NCBI GenBank assembly: GCA_965248535.1
Contig: CBDFJR010000002.1
Coordinates: 1,152,001-1,216,000 of the forward strand
DNA from: Phormidesmis sp.
GTDB taxonomy: Bacteria > Cyanobacteriota > Cyanobacteriia > Leptolyngbyales > Leptolyngbyaceae
Direction: 5' to 3'
Length of the DNA: 64,000 nt
Positions 60,901-64,000 of this stretch are shown piece by piece. The notes under the pieces are model-generated. The model ran no database searches. It saw only the letters and a program-made list of their open reading frames with translations, and was not told the DNA's origin. Each line of letters opens with the position of its first letter. Positions within the stretch are counted from its first letter, which is position 1. The position numbers and the translations under genes were made by a program.

Positions 60901-61564
60901 CCCGCACTCGCACCTTTTTTGGCTCTAGCGTGGACTGCAACTCAACCGAAAACCGACCTTGACGAGCGATAACTTGAAAGCCTGCCCGGTCAGTGTCCGC
61001 ATCTGCGCCAATAAACTTCCCGGCGCTGCTGGTCAGCGTCACCGTTGCATCTGCGTTGATGGGAACGCCTTTTTCGTCCACAATCTGTCCCGAAAGGGTG
61101 ACGGTTGAGCGACCGTCAGCAGGAATGCGCGATGCCGAAGCGGGAACGAGTTCGACCCGCACGATCACCGCCTTGACCGGACTAGCGATCGGCGCTACTA
61201 TTCCGCCGGGTGTAGGAGTAGCCGGATCTTGCGGAGCCGCAGGAGGCGCGATCGGGGCGACATCTTGCGGACTCGGCGCTTGCTCTCGCTGCGTCGGCTC
61301 TGGAACCTGAGCCGTTTGAGCTTTAGTTGGGTTAGCAACAACTGGCTGCACCCGATTCAGCGTCAGGGTCGCCGCCAGCCCTGAAGAATTGGGGAGCGGA
61401 GCGGCTTGAAATACGGGTTCTAGGTTGCCTGTGGTGCTCAGACCTGCTGACGCTTGAGGAAAAGACGGTAACTCAACGGCTCGACTGGCTGACGCGATCG
61501 TAATCACTCCAAAGGCAGAGGTCATTAAACTCAGCCCGAACTTAAATGATGAGAGATGTTGCAT
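57902..61564 (-). CDS. Very large outer-membrane beta-barrel protein with an N-terminal invasin-type Ig domain
   Basis: Signal peptide; IPADGRSTVTL Big_1-like domain; about 900 aa of alternating amphipathic strands rich in Y/F/G; no TonB box recognised. Confidence 0.75.
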   Translation of the reverse strand: MQHLSSFKFGLSLMTSAFGVITIASASRAVELPSFPQASAGLSTTGNLEPVFQAAPLPNSSGLAATLTLNRVQPVVANPTKAQTAQVPEPTQREQAPSPQDVAPIAPPAAPQDPATPTPGGIVAPIASPVKAVIVRVELVPASASRIPADGRSTVTLSGQIVDEKGVPINADATVTLTSSAGKFIGADADTDRAGFQVIARQGRFSVELQSTLEPKKVRVRAAIDEPKKDLKLTEPPFAFPTTLPGQPDSDYLEAYTDVEFITNLRPSLVSGAINLRIGAGGTDFYSRYRDFLPEGVGGARFDVSTSLFATGKVGNWLLTGAFNNQRPLNETCDGTTRLFRDLQFCDQSYPTYGDSSTVDYLTPSIDSVYLKLEQTSPSGGHNYAMWGDYRTEEFATASQYFTATTRQLHGFKANYNFGNLQATAAYGNNLDGFQRDTIAANGTSGYYFLSRRLVIGGSENVFIETEEINRPGSVVERVAAYRGQDYEIDYDRGTIIFRRPVQATEFDLFGRVLVRRIVVTYEYDGAGTGGTNLYAGRLQYNFSRETKRESWAGLSYLREDRGSQDFELFGADALFSFGKDGQIVAEYARSNNANPFSDKVSGSAYRIEAKATLTPGLLTRAYYRSTDENFSNNATFSFTPGQTRYGANVAAKVGENTQVRAQVDREINFGFASTATIGLVDLFDLSSNVFCTTPGLSQCGQEPLRAGRVDNSLTTISAGVEQKFGIVTASLDWVNRSREDRVTNNLNDDSNQLVSRLSVPFNDRLTFRAQNELSLGTNDSLYPDRTTLGLDWKVYPGVTMRLAQQFLSGGQSSSNSITSLETLVDQRLSDDTSLTGRYAVLSGVNGGVTGQGAIGLNHRIVLSPGLRINLGYERIFGDIFAYTAAGQQFAQPYAVGQSSASLGVNSGDSYSVGVDYTDNPDFKASARFERRNSDIGNNTVWSAGAAGKISPAITALVRFQQANASNQLLTGLGDTSNIKVGLAYRDPNSDKFNMLFRYEYRQNPGVTPTTLLFGSGTGSKVHLASLEAIYAPNFRWEFFGKYALRNTQSFSARDLVGTNFISLTQLRATYRLGYNWDLGGEVRWIGQSITGFNEVGFLLEAGYYLTPNLRVAGGYSFGNINNDRDFNGSRSQGGFYATLSFKVNELFNGFGLQKVAPPQQQESQIKPTAAAPPTTQSPTPGTQSSATQPPTSVFQPFSTQSQLPAGQTPTANVVVGEGQ

Positions 61565-62571
61565 TACTTGCGCCGCCCCTCCCCAAAGGTTGGTGTCACT
61601 GCAAAATTCATTCTGACTAACCCGCTGGGCGCGACTTTGACCAAGCGTGATTGACTGTTGTTTTCAATGCGATAGCGGTTGGGGGCCAGGGTGTATCCGG
61701 GCAGGCTCGTCAAGTCGAGGGTGCCATTTCGGTAGCCTGCGATCACAAACTGAAGCGAGAATAAGCCGTTAGCATCGGTGGTGATGCGGTTGCCATCATC
61801 CATATAGATCACAGCATTGGGAACGCCCGGTTCTCCGGGCTGCTGTTCGCCGTCAAAGTTTTTATCGACGAACACACGACCGATGATGGTGCCACAGTCT
61901 GACAAGATGCCGTTACGAATTCGCAGCAGGTGGCTGGCTGTGTTGCTGGTCAGTAATCCCAGGGGGCTGGTTGCTTGGGCGACGGCCAGGTTGCGACCCG
62001 TGCCACGAATTGCGTCAGGGGACAGGACGGCGGCGTAGACGAGGGTGAGCGTTTGTTGGGGGGCGAGGGTGCCAGAGAAGCTGAAGGTGATCACCGATCG
62101 AGCGACCGTGGGCTGGGCCAGGCTGCTGCTGACATCGGTCGTGGTGCCTCCGGTCGTCAAGGAAGCTTTTTGTGACTTTGAAATGTATTGCAGACCGAGG
62201 GGAAGCGTGTCTCGCACCGTGATATTGCTTGCCGAAGCAGAGCCTGAATTGCGGATCACGAGGCGATAGATAATGGTGTCGCCGGGTTCGGCGGCGGCCC
62301 GATCGCCCGTTTTTACAAGTTCTAAACCGGGGCGACCTGCCACCGTGGCGGTCACAGAAGTTGGGTTGGAAGTGGCACCCTGAACAGGCGTAGCGGGATC
62401 AGCCGCAGGACGAAAATTGCCAGCCGCCGTGTTGACCACCTCGATCGCGGTCTGGCTATTTGCAGGCAAAATCCGATTATTAAAGCCTCCTGTCACCAGG
62501 AGCACTAATAGAAGACGCAGGAGTCCACTCCCCAACGGTTTTGTCGGGAAATTCATCAAAAACATCACCAC
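61564..62571 (-). CDS. Exported DUF11 (isopeptide-type Ig) plus SdrD B-like domain protein
   Basis: LELVKT...PGDTIIY...N.G...VRDTLP...RNLA; GTIIGRVFVDKNFDGEQQPGEPG; start could be 62571, 62565 or 62556. Confidence 0.85.
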   Translation of the reverse strand: MVMFLMNFPTKPLGSGLLRLLLVLLVTGGFNNRILPANSQTAIEVVNTAAGNFRPAADPATPVQGATSNPTSVTATVAGRPGLELVKTGDRAAAEPGDTIIYRLVIRNSGSASASNITVRDTLPLGLQYISKSQKASLTTGGTTTDVSSSLAQPTVARSVITFSFSGTLAPQQTLTLVYAAVLSPDAIRGTGRNLAVAQATSPLGLLTSNTASHLLRIRNGILSDCGTIIGRVFVDKNFDGEQQPGEPGVPNAVIYMDDGNRITTDANGLFSLQFVIAGYRNGTLDLTSLPGYTLAPNRYRIENNSQSRLVKVAPSGLVRMNFAVTPTFGEGRRK

Positions 62572-63037
62572 ATTAATTTTTATCGTCTCAGTAGATGCAC
62601 GCCGCTCGATCGGTCAGTTAATAGGGGAAATCAAATCTTTGCTTTATAAAAAGACTGACCGACCAATATTTCTCTGCCCCAATTAATAGCCTGAACAGAA
62701 TAATACGGTAAGTTTGTGATAATTTTTAAGTGTTTATAATAAATTTATATTTGCCTTAAAAAAATCGACAACGTTTCCGATCAACTAAAAAGAATGCTCC
62801 CATCCATGGAGGCTGGTGTCATCAAGATTGAGTCTTCTAACCGCCGCCAAGAGACCGATGTAAGAAAAAATACTAAAGATTTGATGGACTGAAACGCGGG
62901 AACTTTAGTTTTGATTAAATCGTCACTGAGACTTAGACTTTGTTGTTCTAAGTTCGTGTTCCTGTGTTGAAAGTAGCTAGTTTTGTCGGAAATTTAGCTT
63001 TCTTTGTGGGCAGAGCGACTCCTAGCTCTAAACGGTT

Positions 63038-63055
63038 CTTAAGTAGATACTTAAG
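63038..63055. promoter_or_regulatory. Perfect 18-bp inverted repeat, candidate operator
   Basis: CTTAAGTA-GA-TACTTAAG in the 605-bp AT-rich divergent intergenic region. Confidence 0.4.
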
Positions 63056-63176
63056 TCCAGAATGAATTTTAAGATAAATACTTGACAAAGCGATATCCTG
63101 TTGAGTCCTTAATCTTCTCCTCCAGATACGATAACCTGGTCATGGAGGCGCTTTTCTGTCCCACCCTCCGCCAGCC

Positions 63177-64000
63177 ATGACGCAAAGCACCGAATTTCTT
63201 AGCCACCTCAACGCTTCGCAACGGCAAGCGGTCGAGCATTTTTGTGGCCCGCTCTTAGTGATTGCGGGCGCAGGCTCTGGCAAAACCCGCGCGCTCACCT
63301 ATCGGATCGCCAACCTGGTGCTCACCCATCGGGTTGATCCAGAAAGCATTTTGGCGGTGACGTTTACCAACAAAGCCGCCAAAGAAATGAAAGAGCGGAT
63401 CGAGAAACTGTTTGCCGATCGTCAGGCTCACAGCGAGTTTGGCAAACCCCTATCCGAGTTGTCCAATCAACAGCAAACCAGCATCCGATCGAAGGTTTAT
63501 AAAACCATCATCAAAGATCTGTGGATTGGCACCTTTCATGCCCTTTGCTGTCGAATTTTGCGGTTTGATATTGAGAAGTTTCAGGATGAGAAGGGGCGCA
63601 AATGGACAAAAAATTTCTCGATTTTTGATGAGTCAGATGCTCAAAGTTTAGTCAAAAACATCATTATCAATCAACTCAATTTAGACGACAAAAAGTTTGA
63701 GCCGCGATCGGTTCGTTATGCGATTAGCAACGCTAAAAATAAAGGCTGGTCGCCACGAGAGTTAGAACAAGAACAGCCAAACTTTAGAGGCCGAGTAATT
63801 GCCAATGTCTACAGTCTTTATCAAGATAAATTAGCCGAAAATAATGCCGTAGACTTTGATGATTTAATCTGGTTGCCCGTGCAGCTATTTCGTCAAAATG
63901 AACAGATTCGAGCCTACTGGCACAAACGCTTTCGTCACATCTTAGTAGACGAATATCAAGACACCAACCGCACTCAATATGACCTGCTGCGAATGTTGGT
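63177..64000 (+). CDS. pcrA: ATP-dependent DNA helicase PcrA/UvrD, 5' part (runs off window)
   Basis: Not in the ORF track. Manual translation MTQSTEFLSHLNASQRQAV...AGAGSGKT...TFTNKAA...GTFH...DFDDL...VDEYQDTN. Confidence 0.96.
   Translation, partial: MTQSTEFLSHLNASQRQAVEHFCGPLLVIAGAGSGKTRALTYRIANLVLTHRVDPESILAVTFTNKAAKEMKERIEKLFADRQAHSEFGKPLSELSNQQQTSIRSKVYKTIIKDLWIGTFHALCCRILRFDIEKFQDEKGRKWTKNFSIFDESDAQSLVKNIIINQLNLDDKKFEPRSVRYAISNAKNKGWSPRELEQEQPNFRGRVIANVYSLYQDKLAENNAVDFDDLIWLPVQLFRQNEQIRAYWHKRFRHILVDEYQDTNRTQYDLLRML

Noticed and set aside
57902..61564. Calling the barrel a TonB-dependent receptor
   Set aside because: No TonB box, plug signature or terminal Phe recognised; the context is adhesin export, not nutrient uptake
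52066..62571. Recent horizontal island
   Set aside because: It looks somewhat GC-richer but carries HIP1 sites (e.g. ~56358, ~57484), with no integrase, tRNA or flanking direct repeats visible
63179..63189. GACGCAAAGC, resembling the c-di-GMP-I riboswitch core near the adhesin operon leader
   Set aside because: It is the first codons of pcrA (ATG ACG CAA AGC), on the wrong strand for the operon, and lacks the GGCAAACC..GAAA hairpin
1..64000. Many short antisense or overlapping ORFs in the track; dense GCGATCGC repeats; tRNA or rRNA genes
   Set aside because: The short ORFs overlap confident genes with no recognisable motifs; GCGATCGC is the well-known HIP1; no tRNA or rRNA signatures were seen

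Overview
Cyanobacterial chromosomal window, judged by dense HIP1 GCGATCGC sites and photosynthesis genes; probably a filamentous non-heterocystous strain. Most of it is housekeeping: thrS, menH, pdhA, ftn2/zipN, sphR-sphS, pepN, argF, hhoA, inrS, psbV-psbV2-petE-petJ, accD, a flavodiiron pair most like flv4-flv2, coaX, bcp, argH and a partial pcrA. Three NtcA-box-controlled uptake loci are present: a polar amino-acid-type ABC operon with a porin, a BMP-family binding protein, and a second porin. There are also two MITEs, a REP-like tandem array and a RelE-type toxin missing from the ORF track. Four single-base insertions break ftn2, an FAD oxidoreductase and relE; these may be assembly errors. 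The highlight is a translationally coupled four-gene operon at 52066-62571 (-). It encodes a DUF11/SdrD-B adaptor, a 1220-aa outer-membrane beta-barrel with a SprA-like motif, a CSLREA/beta-helix/OmpA protein and a 1238-aa SdrD-B repeat adhesin. The adhesin's C-terminal DUF11 domain lacks its final strands, and matching strands occur as a free N-terminal extension on the adaptor. This suggests an uncharacterised, sortase-independent surface-display or filament system using donor-strand complementation and an intermolecular isopeptide bond. All family assignments come from reading motifs by eye; no database searches were run.
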